The translations under genes and the position numbers were made by a program. 43,437 bases of DNA. Origin: a virus. This document shows, piece after piece, positions 17,175 through 26,319 of this stretch (the stretch's first letter is position 1; the number at the start of each line of letters is the position of its first letter). The notes under the pieces are model-generated. The model saw only the letters and a list, made by a program, of their open reading frames with translations, was not told the origin of the DNA and did not search any database. The stretch is from the IMG/VR virus record IMGVR_UViG_3300045988_053200, positions 1 to 43,437 of that record. One strand, written 5' to 3'.

Positions 17175-18122
17175 TTATCTCTCCGGCAATTTGTTAATAC
17201 TATTTTCCTGCCAAACCTTTCTCATAGCTTCGTCAAAATCTTTGGAACCCACCGTTTTGCCCTGCGCCATAAGATTTTTTGTAATAATTTCGTATGCCTC
17301 TGATTGCGTTTTAGCTCCGCTTACATCCAATGTGATTCCGCCGCCTCCGGCACCGCCCGTGGGCGGGATTGTGCCGCCTCCGGGCTGTTGTCTTTGCTGC
17401 TCCAATACTCCCATTGCTTCCAACTCTTTTGTCAGCAATTCGGCGGGCGTGAATGGGTTCAACTGATTGTTTGGGTTACGCATAATTGCGCCGCTTGCAT
17501 CTTTGAACGCCAAAACCTTTCCACCGTTTCCGTTGTCTATATATTCCGGGTTCATGCCTTTGATTTTCTCGGTTGCCTGCGCCAAAATTACCTTTGTCAC
17601 GCTTTCCGGGAATCCGGCTTTGAATTTAAGCCCGGCGGCGGCTGTCTGCAATGCGTTGTCAATCTTTACTCCGAACAACTCTTTTTCGTGGTTTGCCTTT
17701 TCTGCCTCATATTGGGTTTTCAATTCGGTAAACTGCGTTGTTACGTTCTGCAAATCTGCCTTTGCCTGCTTCAATGCTTTCACGGTTTCCGCATCTGCCG
17801 CACCGTCGGCAATAGCCTTTTCCAAACGGGCTTTTTCTTTGGTCAATGAATCAATCTGCGATTGCAACCCGGTTGCGCCATCCGCTTTTGTTTTCATTTC
17901 CCCCATTACACGTTTTGCGTAATCATACGTTTTTTCGGTGCCGTTTTTGGCTATTCCGGAAACCTCCAAAATATCGGCATCCAAAACCCCGTAAATTTCG
18001 CCCGTTTTCTTGGCAATAACGCTGTTTTCGTCATTCTGCGATAATGTTGTTATCGCTGTAATCTGTTCGTCAGACAATCCCGACAAAGCCGCATTTGCAA
18101 CTAAAACTTCTCTCGTTAACAT
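17175..18122 (-). CDS. Scaffolding protein.
   Basis: 315 aa with long A/E/K/Q coiled-coil stretches and a Gly-rich linker (PGGGTIPPTGGAGGGG), immediately upstream of the capsid gene. Confidence 0.65.
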   Translation of the reverse strand: MLTREVLVANAALSGLSDEQITAITTLSQNDENSVIAKKTGEIYGVLDADILEVSGIAKNGTEKTYDYAKRVMGEMKTKADGATGLQSQIDSLTKEKARLEKAIADGAADAETVKALKQAKADLQNVTTQFTELKTQYEAEKANHEKELFGVKIDNALQTAAAGLKFKAGFPESVTKVILAQATEKIKGMNPEYIDNGNGGKVLAFKDASGAIMRNPNNQLNPFTPAELLTKELEAMGVLEQQRQQPGGGTIPPTGGAGGGGITLDVSGAKTQSEAYEIITKNLMAQGKTVGSKDFDEAMRKVWQENSINKLPER

Positions 18123-18141
18123 AATATTCTTACCCTTTGAA

Positions 18142-18411
18142 TTAATTAAGTGCGATTGCTGCTACTGTTCCGCTGTTTGCGTTAATAATATCAATTGTGT
18201 ATTTGGGGGAATCCCCGGTTGTGTCAACCAACCAACTAACAACACGTGCATGGCTGATTTTGTTTTCAACTTCTTTTGTCACCAACACAACGTCGGCAAT
18301 TGTGCCGCCCTCAATACATTCAATCAACTTTTTCTTTGTTTCTCCGTCCAATGCTGCGGCGGTTGTAGTTACTTCAATAATCAAATTGTCTTGCTGTGCA
18401 ATCTGTGCCAT
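18142..18411 (-). CDS. Hypothetical head-module protein (89 aa).
   Basis: ATG ORF between the portal-side genes and the scaffold gene. No motif recognised. Confidence 0.55.
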   Translation of the reverse strand: MAQIAQQDNLIIEVTTTAAALDGETKKKLIECIEGGTIADVVLVTKEVENKISHARVVSWLVDTTGDSPKYTIDIINANSGTVAAIALN

Positions 18412-18429
18412 ATTCGTAATTTTTAATGG

Positions 18430-18945
18430 TTAAACATTTTCGTTGTTTTCCGGGCTATCGCCTGCCGCTTCCTCTGCTTCTGCTGTTTTTTCGGCTTTTG
18501 GTTTTCGTCCGGCTTTCTTTGGTTCTGCTGGGATAACTCCGGTTGCTGTCAGTTCTGCAATAATTTCGTCTTTCATCTTCTCACGTTCTGCCGCCTTTGC
18601 TGCTGTTGCCGCCTTTGCTGCTGCTTCTGCCTTTGCTCGTTTGTTGGCTTCAATCTTTTCTTTGTTCGCTGCCTCCCAAACGTTCGGGTCGTGCATAATG
18701 TCAACTTTATAACCCATTTTCCGCAAATTGTGCAATCCGAATGTTTCAAAGAACTTTTTGCCGAAAGCCTGCATACGTGGTCGTGAAATTCTTTCGCCCG
18801 TTTCTTGGTTAAACTTCACTACCTCAATGCGGCAATGATAAAAATTTTCCTCGCCTTTTGGCACAATGAAATTTTCCGGGGTAACGTCTAACAATCCAAC
18901 GTCTTTTGTTTTACCCTCTGTTTCTGTTTTCACTCGCATAGTCAT
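18430..18945 (-). CDS. Hypothetical head-module protein with an Ala/Lys/Glu-rich C-terminal tail.
   Basis: 171-aa ORF with a low-complexity tail (KRAKAEAAAKAATAAKAAEREK..). It overlaps the portal stop by 35 nt. Confidence 0.55.
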   Translation of the reverse strand: MTMRVKTETEGKTKDVGLLDVTPENFIVPKGEENFYHCRIEVVKFNQETGERISRPRMQAFGKKFFETFGLHNLRKMGYKVDIMHDPNVWEAANKEKIEANKRAKAEAAAKAATAAKAAEREKMKDEIIAELTATGVIPAEPKKAGRKPKAEKTAEAEEAAGDSPENNENV

Positions 18946-20629
18946 AAAATTTATTTGTTATTACTTTTATTTTCTCGGAAAATGGTATTTGAGTTCCAAA
19001 TTCCAATATATTTGTATTTTCACGTTCAAACCTCCGTACAAAATTAGCGAAATTTAATTTAATGCGCAATTCATCCTCCGAAATTAGCTGTTTTTCATAC
19101 AATTCCATTACTTCCGGACGTGTCAAATGTCGATACGGCTCCAATTCTGCCAACACTAACATACGTTGCATTTGTGTTGGGTCGTGCCTGTATTCCGTTT
19201 CGATAATCTGATTTTGTAGCGCATCCAACTCCCCCTCGCTTGCTCCACTTTCTTTGGCAACCTTGTAACGTTCTCTCAATTCGGTTGCATCAGACAAATA
19301 AAACTCGGTGCCATAATTGATTTTTGCAGAAACAAACATTGTTCCATAACGCAAACGGCAAACGGTTTCGTCAACGAACTTTTGCGCCGCCTCAAAGCCT
19401 TTTTTAACCCGGTTTAATACCGTGCTTTGGCTTTCAAAATTGGCTTTAATTTGCTGTTCATTCAATGCGTCACGGGTCGTTATTTCTTCGTTTGTTCCAA
19501 CAACCGCCGTAATTATATTTGTTCGCAATCTCTCTTCCTCGCTAACATTGTAATCCAAACTATTACGGTCAACTGTCAATATCTGCACCGGGTTTCGCAA
19601 ATCCGGCTGTTTATCTCCGTCCGGAATTGGAATTTCAACGTAAGAACCCGCACCAACAATGCGTTTATCGCCACACTTCGGGCAACGCATCAATAACCCT
19701 GCTTGGTCTAATTTATAATATCCTTGTTTATCTTTCAAAAATCCGCCGTCGCAATAATCGCCGTTTTCGCTGTTCGTAAAATCGCAACTTTGTTCATATC
19801 CGGAATAAATCGGGTACGACCCGTACATATCCAAATTTTTCTTTGATAAATGATAAAATAGGAACCAATCTAAACTTTCCAACTCGGTTGTTAACGGGGA
19901 CGCCTTAACGTCCGGTTCTCTCAAACTCAATGGTTCGTCCCAAAAAAAACGGGCTGGGCAATATCCCAAATCGTGCGGGCTGTCAATCAGCAATTCGCCA
20001 ATATTGCCTTTTTCCTCGGTAAATACCCGGTATCGTTCATCGTCAATTACTGCAATACGGTTGTCATCCTGCCGGAATATTATCCAACGCATAACGCCCG
20101 TCGTTTTGTCTGCCTTGTATGAAATGACGTGCTCAATTGGCAACCAATAAAAGTAAGGTTGCGGATAATTATCGCCGGGCAATTGTTCCTTTGGCAAATC
20201 AACAATTAATATGCTGTTAATTTCGGTTTTGAAATATTCCCATCCCTTTGTGCTCCAAATTTCGGGTTCTTTCAATACGTTTTGTCTGTAATACTCCCAA
20301 TCGTCCCTTTGTTCGCTGTTCATGAATTGATAATTGAACGCCGGGTTACGACCGTCAAAAATGCGGCTCAACTTATCAAAACAAACGCCCGTTACCTCGT
20401 TTGTCTTGACGGGGTAACGGAACAATGTTTTGAATACTTTGAATTTGTCTGCGGGTATAAGGTTTGAAACATAAGCCAAAAAATCGGTCACGGGTTGCGT
20501 AATGTATGGCGTCAACGCCTTTTCCGCATGAAATCGTATGCGGTTTTGGTGGTAAATCGCCCTACTTATCGCCGCTTTGTTCCGTGGCTCCGTTATCCGC
20601 CTTTTTATTTCTCTTATATCTAATCCCAT
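18911..20629 (-). CDS. Portal protein (putative).
   Basis: 572 aa, the largest head-module ORF downstream of TerL. The start was moved to ATG 20629 (MGLDIREIK); the track start is TTG. No motif verified. Confidence 0.6.
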   Translation of the reverse strand: MGLDIREIKRRITEPRNKAAISRAIYHQNRIRFHAEKALTPYITQPVTDFLAYVSNLIPADKFKVFKTLFRYPVKTNEVTGVCFDKLSRIFDGRNPAFNYQFMNSEQRDDWEYYRQNVLKEPEIWSTKGWEYFKTEINSILIVDLPKEQLPGDNYPQPYFYWLPIEHVISYKADKTTGVMRWIIFRQDDNRIAVIDDERYRVFTEEKGNIGELLIDSPHDLGYCPARFFWDEPLSLREPDVKASPLTTELESLDWFLFYHLSKKNLDMYGSYPIYSGYEQSCDFTNSENGDYCDGGFLKDKQGYYKLDQAGLLMRCPKCGDKRIVGAGSYVEIPIPDGDKQPDLRNPVQILTVDRNSLDYNVSEEERLRTNIITAVVGTNEEITTRDALNEQQIKANFESQSTVLNRVKKGFEAAQKFVDETVCRLRYGTMFVSAKINYGTEFYLSDATELRERYKVAKESGASEGELDALQNQIIETEYRHDPTQMQRMLVLAELEPYRHLTRPEVMELYEKQLISEDELRIKLNFANFVRRFERENTNILEFGTQIPFSEKIKVITNKFYDYASENRNRG

Positions 20630-20786
20630 TTTCTTTGCTAAATTCAAATTTTGAGTTTTTCGGTAATCGCCATCCGCCGTTATTTTGCATTTTCAACAAT
20701 CTTTCGGCGTGGGCAATTTCAAATTCACGTGTTGTTTTTAAAGTTGTACACTCCAACAACACCGTTGTTGTTTTAGCCTGCGGCAT
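20562..20786 (-). CDS. Hypothetical small protein (74 aa).
   Basis: ATG ORF overlapping both neighbours, by 14 nt upstream and about 68 nt with the portal start. Confidence 0.45.
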   Translation of the reverse strand: MPQAKTTTVLLECTTLKTTREFEIAHAERLLKMQNNGGWRLPKNSKFEFSKENGIRYKRNKKADNGATEQSGDK

Positions 20787-21423
20787 TCTTCAAATCAGTT
20801 AATGGGTTGAAATCTTCCGGTGCTAAAATTACCAAATCATCAGACCAATTTGGCAAGAACGACCACTGAATTGCATTGCTGTCCGGTGCCTCAAAGCCTC
20901 CCAATGTCTTATCACCGATAAACAAAGAACGAATTGGTATCGGATAATGCGTTGTTGCTACTGTCTGGTCTTGCAATGCTCCGATTGAACCGTTTTCGTC
21001 AAACAGATATATGCCCAAATTCTGCGAATCACTTTCGCACTGCAATTCTTTCAATGCCTTAATCAATGATTGCGGCATTTTTCGCATAACTCCGGTAAAC
21101 GGTGTTGGTTCACGTCCTATAATTTCCTCAATACCTCCCAACGTTTCGTTACCGCCGCCAAATGTACGGGGTGCGCCCGCCTCTGCCGCCGGTGCTTGGA
21201 TATACGGGGAAACAACAACCTTTGTGTCGTCATCTGCCGATAACAACGGCGTCCACGACGCTTTTTTTCCAATAGCTGCATCCGTGGTAAATGAATTGCG
21301 CTCGCCCGTACTTTTATAAAGACGTTGGAACGCTACTTTCTGAATCTGTCCGAAACTTTCGGCGCACGTAAAATTTGGAATGTTTGGCAACGCTGCTGCT
21401 GCCGGGCATTTACAAATAGCCAT
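20773..21423 (-). CDS. Hypothetical, probably structural, protein (216 aa) with its own promoter-like box.
   Basis: ATG ORF between TerL and the portal gene, preceded by TAACTTTG. No motif recognised. Confidence 0.55.
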   Translation of the reverse strand: MAICKCPAAAALPNIPNFTCAESFGQIQKVAFQRLYKSTGERNSFTTDAAIGKKASWTPLLSADDDTKVVVSPYIQAPAAEAGAPRTFGGGNETLGGIEEIIGREPTPFTGVMRKMPQSLIKALKELQCESDSQNLGIYLFDENGSIGALQDQTVATTHYPIPIRSLFIGDKTLGGFEAPDSNAIQWSFLPNWSDDLVILAPEDFNPLTDLKNAAG

Positions 21424-21493
21424 AATCTTTAATTTTTTAACGTTAAAATTTATACTAACAATATGAAAACTAACCCTTTGTTCCCTTACTTTG

Positions 21494-21501
21494 CAAAGTT
21501 A
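21494..21501 (-). promoter_or_regulatory. -7-type box TAACTTTG upstream of ORF 20773-21423.
   Basis: + strand caaagtta in the 119-nt gap after TerL. No well-spaced -33 TTTG was seen. Confidence 0.4.
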
Positions 21502-21542
21502 TAATATTTTTCGTCACTTTCTTGCATATATGAAATATTTTT

Positions 21543-23099
21543 TTAATTACGCCTTTTAATACCCCTTGTCGCTTGGCTGTATGGTCTTGTATCGCCGTCC
21601 GCCAATTCCTTTTCATATATTCCGGTCAAACCGTCCTCCGGGTCGTCATGGGCATTTGCCGGGAAATCACGCAAAAACCCGGTCAAATGTTCGTGTATTT
21701 TTGGAAAACGTTGTTCCCATCCAATCGGCATTATTATTTGTGCATTTACCATCGCTGAATTTGTTATAATACGGCTTTCCTTGTTTGCCCCTTGATAAAA
21801 TGGTTCGGAAATCGCTTTTATCTTTTTACGTATCAACTTTTCAAACCCGGCACCTCCGTTGTTACTTTCAATCCATGCTTTTTGCGTTCCACAACGGTTT
21901 ATCATTTCCGGGACGGTAACGGCTGTTACTTCTGTATTTTCCTGTGTAAATACCATGTCGGTAATTAGCGCGTATAAAATCGGTTCAAACCGTTTCTTTT
22001 GTTCGTTCCATGCCTCATTACCGGATTTGTAAACGTCATAACACGCCGAAAATGTAAAGTCGTCGCCCTCGTCGGCAACGTCTGTATAATTTCCGCTACG
22101 TATATACATCCCCCATTCGGATTTGTCAACGTATGTTCGGAATGGGTTCCGGTACAATCTGCCCTCTGCGCTTCCGGGGTTCCCTTGATACAAGCATTGA
22201 AATTGTACGGGGTCTAATGTTCGTTGACCCTCCAATTTTTCCCGGCTGTGTCTTTTGTGCCATAAAGCCGCACCGGGTTCCCGTGGGTCAATCTCTGTTG
22301 GTTCCCCGGTCTTTAATCCCTCAAAGTTTATGCGAACCCATGCACCCGCCGGGATATTCTTTACATCGTCCCAATTTTTTATGTCAATAACCGTTTCGCC
22401 GCTTTTCTCAATACGTCCAATCAAATCATCATCATGCCAACGGGTAAATACAATCAATTCTTGGGAATCGTTATGCAAACGGGTACGTACAACGGTCGTG
22501 TACCATTTCCACGCCGCATTGCGTACAATTGGGCTGTTTCCTTCTGCATAATCTTTGTAAACATCATCCAATATTGATACGTCAACCGTTTTTGACGTCA
22601 ACGAACCGCCACGACCGACAACACGCAATGAACCCTTATGCCCAACCATTTCGATAACATCAGAATTGCGTAAATACGTGTTTGCCATCGTAACGACGTT
22701 TGAACCGTTCAAATACGTTTGCGGGAACAAATCACGGTAATTTGGCGTGTCAATTATTCGTTGCACGTCACGGTTAAAATCACGTGCGATTGTTGCCGCA
22801 TACGAACCGATACAAATTTTTGTGTCCGGGTTCAACCCCAACATAAATGCGGGTAAATTTCGGCTCGACCCCTCCGATTTTCCATGTTGCGGCGGCATTT
22901 GAACAATCATTTTACGTATCAATCCATGCGCAAACATATCCAACAACGTATAATATACAACGTGAAACGGTTCTAAAACCAAATCCGGTTTAAGGTACCG
23001 AGAAAAATTTATCAGACGTCGACGGGCTGCGCATTTTACTATTTCGCCCGGATTATCTTTAATTGCGGCGTACATTTTCAACAATTGCTCATTATTCAT
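21543..23099 (-). CDS. terL: Terminase large subunit.
   Basis: Walker A-like MPPQHGKSE, Walker B-like VSILDDV and C-terminal nuclease-type acidic motifs (IESNNGGAGF, AHDDPEDGL). 518 aa, located after TerS. Confidence 0.85.
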   Translation of the reverse strand: MNNEQLLKMYAAIKDNPGEIVKCAARRRLINFSRYLKPDLVLEPFHVVYYTLLDMFAHGLIRKMIVQMPPQHGKSEGSSRNLPAFMLGLNPDTKICIGSYAATIARDFNRDVQRIIDTPNYRDLFPQTYLNGSNVVTMANTYLRNSDVIEMVGHKGSLRVVGRGGSLTSKTVDVSILDDVYKDYAEGNSPIVRNAAWKWYTTVVRTRLHNDSQELIVFTRWHDDDLIGRIEKSGETVIDIKNWDDVKNIPAGAWVRINFEGLKTGEPTEIDPREPGAALWHKRHSREKLEGQRTLDPVQFQCLYQGNPGSAEGRLYRNPFRTYVDKSEWGMYIRSGNYTDVADEGDDFTFSACYDVYKSGNEAWNEQKKRFEPILYALITDMVFTQENTEVTAVTVPEMINRCGTQKAWIESNNGGAGFEKLIRKKIKAISEPFYQGANKESRIITNSAMVNAQIIMPIGWEQRFPKIHEHLTGFLRDFPANAHDDPEDGLTGIYEKELADGDTRPYSQATRGIKRRN

Positions 23100-23316
23100 T
23101 GCCTTTCTCCTTTCTCTTTACGAAATATTTGCACGCTTTACGACCTCGAATAATAAAATACTTTTCATGCGGGCACGTCAAACAAATTGGTTTACCGTTA
23201 CAATCTAAATGCTGATGTAAATGCGTAACCCATTTTGATAACTCGCAATTGTCGCATATTTCTTTTTTGTATTCCGGTTCCTTTGCCGGATTTGCCGTTT
23301 TCTTACGTGTTGCCAT
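23092..23316 (-). CDS. Small Cys-rich (zinc-binding?) protein.
   Basis: CDNC..CNGKPICLTCPH pattern. The ORF sits between TerS and TerL and overlaps both. Confidence 0.5.
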   Translation of the reverse strand: MATRKKTANPAKEPEYKKEICDNCELSKWVTHLHQHLDCNGKPICLTCPHEKYFIIRGRKACKYFVKRKEKGNE

Positions 23317-23848
23317 CTGTTAACCCTCTTTCCTTTTGTATTCTTTCATACTCTCCTGCTTGTAATTTGTCGGCAATATCAAACAGAATATCTTCCGGCA
23401 AATCCTCAAAACAATATTCGTGCGTTTGCTCTTTCTTTTCCTTTCTTTCCTGCGTTTCGACCTTTTGTTTGTTTACCCATTTTTCCGGCGCAACATTTGT
23501 CAAAGCAAAAATCAACGCTCCGGTATCCGGCTGAATGTGCTTAACCTTTGATTTTTGGCTTTTAATTTTCGGGTTCCCGTCTTCATCGCTTACATACTCC
23601 GTTTCTGTTTCTGTTACCTCATACCCCATTGCACGTTTCCACAATGTAGCCTCTAACTTTCCAGTTATCGTCGCTTGAAACTCGTCCTTTGCTTTTTTAA
23701 TACATTCCGAAAATTCCGCCTTCGCCTTTATCCAATCATGAAATGTACTATCTCCAATGCCGACTTTTTTACACGCTAACTTCTGACTATCTCCGTCCCT
23801 AATATACGCACATATAGCTTCAACGGTTTGTTTATTATATTTTGCCAT
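23303..23848 (-). CDS. terS: Terminase small subunit.
   Basis: N-terminal HTH-like segment ICAYIRDGDSQKLACKKVGIGDSTFHDWIK. It is the first gene after the late promoter and lies upstream of TerL. Confidence 0.7.
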   Translation of the reverse strand: MAKYNKQTVEAICAYIRDGDSQKLACKKVGIGDSTFHDWIKAKAEFSECIKKAKDEFQATITGKLEATLWKRAMGYEVTETETEYVSDEDGNPKIKSQKSKVKHIQPDTGALIFALTNVAPEKWVNKQKVETQERKEKKEQTHEYCFEDLPEDILFDIADKLQAGEYERIQKERGLTDGNT

Positions 23849-23901
23849 ATTTTTAAAGTTTTATTTTTGGTATTAATATTTTTTATTTTGGTTTATTATT
23901 G

Positions 23902-23909
23902 TATATTTG
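23902..23909 (+). promoter_or_regulatory. -7 box TATATTTG for the lone + strand ORF.
   Basis: Exact TAnnTTTG match 26 nt upstream of ATG 23935. The -33 spacing is poor. Confidence 0.45.
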
Positions 23910-23912
23910 CAC

Positions 23913-23945
23913 CAAACTTATAAACACATACATTATGAAAACAAA
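23913..23945 (-). promoter_or_regulatory. Late (packaging) promoter: -33 TTTG, 21-nt spacer, -7 TAAGTTTG.
   Basis: + strand caaactta (23913-23920) and caaa (23942-23945), followed by an A-rich leader of about 58 nt to the TerS ATG. It overlaps the + strand promoter and start codon. Confidence 0.55.
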
Positions 23946-24114
23946 CAAATGGATTGATTTCCTTATTGCTTTTGCTGATAAGCTACATGAACATGATTAC
24001 AACGGCGCAATAGACATGACTACAGATGAGTGTTTCTTTGATACACTGACCGAAAACCAATCAGAATGGCTTGAGAATGCTATTACAACCATTCGTGAGA
24101 AACACAACATCTAA
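23935..24114 (+). CDS. Hypothetical acidic protein (59 aa), the only + strand gene.
   Basis: ATG 23935 (MKTNKWIDFLIAFADKLHEHDYNG..) with its own -7 box and its own terminator. The track ORF starts earlier. Confidence 0.55.
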   Translation: MKTNKWIDFLIAFADKLHEHDYNGAIDMTTDECFFDTLTENQSEWLENAITTIREKHNI

Positions 24115-24145
24115 AGCGGGGTTTTACCCCCCGCTTATTTTTTTA
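24115..24145 (+). terminator. Rho-independent terminator, partly bidirectional.
   Basis: GCGGGG-TTTTACC-CCCCGC followed by TTATTTTTTT on the + strand. The stop codon of the convergent methyltransferase gene lies in the loop. Confidence 0.8.
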
Positions 24146-25344
24146 GCTTTCTTCCCCGTAAACTGCTCCCACCTTGCAAGTATAACATTGCAATAGTGCG
24201 GGTCTAATTCCATCATGTAACATTTACGGTTTACCTGCTCGCAAGCAATAATGCTTGTACCGCTTCCACCAAATGAATCCAATACTATATCTCCCTTATG
24301 ACTGCTGTTTTGTATCTGATAAGCAAACAACTCTACTGGTTTCATTGTAGGATGCTCTGCATTTCGGTTTGGCTTGTTAAACTCCAACACGGTTGTTTGC
24401 TTTCTGTCCGAATACCAATGATGGCTCGCTCCGGCTTTCCATCCGTACAAACAAGGCTCGTGCTTCCATTGGTAATCTTGACGACCCATGACCATAGTAT
24501 TCTTGTTCCAAATCAAACACTGCTTCATGAGCCAACCGCAATGCTTGACAGCATATCTGAAATTGTAGCCCTCGCTGTCTGCGTGCCAAATATAGAAAGA
24601 CGCACCTTCTTTCATTACTGAATCCGCAGCCATAAAAGCATTTACTAAAAATTCCCGGAAGCTGTCATCATTCATTTCGTCATTCTGAATAGTCAACGCA
24701 TCCTTTGTCTTACCTTCGTATGCTACATTATAAGGTGGGTCTGTTATATACAAATCTACTTTCTCTCCGGCAAGCAGTTCTTGTATCATGGCTGTTTTTG
24801 TACTATCTCCACACATCAAGCGGTAGTCGCCAAGCTGCCATATATCTCCCTGATGACATCTTTGCTTTGCTTTTACCTTGCTGATATCATCTTCTTGAAT
24901 ATCCCTTTTTGGTGGTTCGTTAAACCATCCTTTCGGGGTTTCAATGTTCCATGCCCGTATTTCGTCTTTATTCCAATCCTTTGCAATTTTTGCCCAATCA
25001 GTTTGTCCGGTGCTTTCATTATATAACAAAGCCATACGGCGCAACTTCTCAACCGGAGTATTTTCCGGTAAAGCAATAATTGGCACCTCCTTACGTTTCA
25101 ATGCCCTTTGTGCTTCTAAACGTCTATTTCCACCAATAACGACGTAACGACCGTTATACGGAAAACATAACGCCGCACGTGCAATTGTCATTTCCGGCAG
25201 TTCCTCAATACTCTTTTCCAAATTACGTTGCTTTGCATCCTCTCTCGTTCTCGGATTTTCCGGAACTCCGGGTATTTGTCCCTCGTTGTACTCTAATAAT
25301 TCTATTGGCACAAACTGAATCTGTATTTCATTGTTATTTTTCAT
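24124..25344 (-). CDS. ParB/Srx-domain-fused DNA methyltransferase (beta-class N6-adenine/N4-cytosine type).
   Basis: N-terminal GGNRRLEAQRAL ParB-like box, catalytic ITDPPYNVAY, and the C-terminal SAM motif DSFGGSGTS. Confidence 0.85.
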   Translation of the reverse strand: MKNNNEIQIQFVPIELLEYNEGQIPGVPENPRTREDAKQRNLEKSIEELPEMTIARAALCFPYNGRYVVIGGNRRLEAQRALKRKEVPIIALPENTPVEKLRRMALLYNESTGQTDWAKIAKDWNKDEIRAWNIETPKGWFNEPPKRDIQEDDISKVKAKQRCHQGDIWQLGDYRLMCGDSTKTAMIQELLAGEKVDLYITDPPYNVAYEGKTKDALTIQNDEMNDDSFREFLVNAFMAADSVMKEGASFYIWHADSEGYNFRYAVKHCGWLMKQCLIWNKNTMVMGRQDYQWKHEPCLYGWKAGASHHWYSDRKQTTVLEFNKPNRNAEHPTMKPVELFAYQIQNSSHKGDIVLDSFGGSGTSIIACEQVNRKCYMMELDPHYCNVILARWEQFTGKKAKKISGG

Positions 25345-25451
25345 AAATTTCCTTTCTACGAGGTTTTTATTTCTCGATTGATACTTTTATTGTCTTTTGT
25401 ATTTTTGCCGCCCTACAGGGCTAATTTTGGCTTTCTTTCATTCCGGTACCT

Positions 25452-25483
25452 AAACGGCAAAGCCCCGGTTATAATTCCGGGGC
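25452..25483 (-). terminator. Stem-loop terminator candidate after ORF 25488-25733.
   Basis: - strand GCCCCGG-AATTATAA-CCGGGGC followed by TTTGCCGTTT, a weak U tract. Confidence 0.5.
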
Positions 25484-25487
25484 ATTT

Positions 25488-25733
25488 TTATGCCTTTTCT
25501 GTTGGTAAATCTACGGTTAACAATACTGGTTGCAATGGTTGGTTAAACGTCAGCATTGACAAATGTATTGTTCCGGTTTCTTTTACTCTCTCCAATTCTT
25601 CCGAGGACAACTGCCATTTGGTAATTACAAGCCCCTGCGGGTCGTTTTGTACTTTCATTGCGGGCAACGGAATGCATTCCGGTTGGTCTTTCGCAAATAC
25701 GACGTTCACGCCGGGAAATTCAACGGGTTTCAT
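25488..25733 (-). CDS. Hypothetical protein (81 aa).
   Basis: ATG ORF with a strong AAGGAGG-like sequence upstream. No motif recognised. Confidence 0.6.
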   Translation of the reverse strand: MKPVEFPGVNVVFAKDQPECIPLPAMKVQNDPQGLVITKWQLSSEELERVKETGTIHLSMLTFNQPLQPVLLTVDLPTEKA

Positions 25734-25779
25734 TTTCCGTCCTCCTTTCTTGGTTTTCTTCTGAATCTCATTTTTTTAT

Positions 25780-26307
25780 TTATAAAGTTATTGTATTATT
25801 TCCTAACTCTAAAATCCAACCTTTGCCGAATCTTAATTTAGCAATTTCAACCGCTTGTTCTAATGCTTCCTTTTTTGTATAAAATGCGTTTGTATTATCT
25901 CCGGGTTTATAATGTTCCCATCTTATTGGGTCATCATCAATTTCTTTTTGCGTCAATTTTCGCAGAACTTCAATTTTATATACTTCGTCGTATTTGCCTA
26001 TGTTCTTTTGGCAAATCTGCACATATTCATCGCATATATACCCGCCGTGAATTATCGTCCTATCTCCTTCTACTTCTGAAATAGTTATCCCATCGGCTTC
26101 TATTGCTGCATAATAATGAATGGCACCCGCCGCAATTCCCCTGTATGACGAAATTTCTATCCTAACTTTTCTTGGATTGTTTGTACTTACAATATAATTT
26201 GGTTTTGTTTTCAAAACTAAATCCAAACCATAATCAACCGGAATTACATCGGGTAAATTTCCGTAATCCAAAGACAAAGCAACTGCATCTTTTATTGTTA
26301 ATTCCAT
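25780..26307 (-). CDS. Hypothetical protein (175 aa).
   Basis: ATG ORF packed in the operon. No motif recognised. Confidence 0.6.
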   Translation of the reverse strand: MELTIKDAVALSLDYGNLPDVIPVDYGLDLVLKTKPNYIVSTNNPRKVRIEISSYRGIAAGAIHYYAAIEADGITISEVEGDRTIIHGGYICDEYVQICQKNIGKYDEVYKIEVLRKLTQKEIDDDPIRWEHYKPGDNTNAFYTKKEALEQAVEIAKLRFGKGWILELGNNTITL

Positions 26308-26319
26308 ACGCTTAAACTT

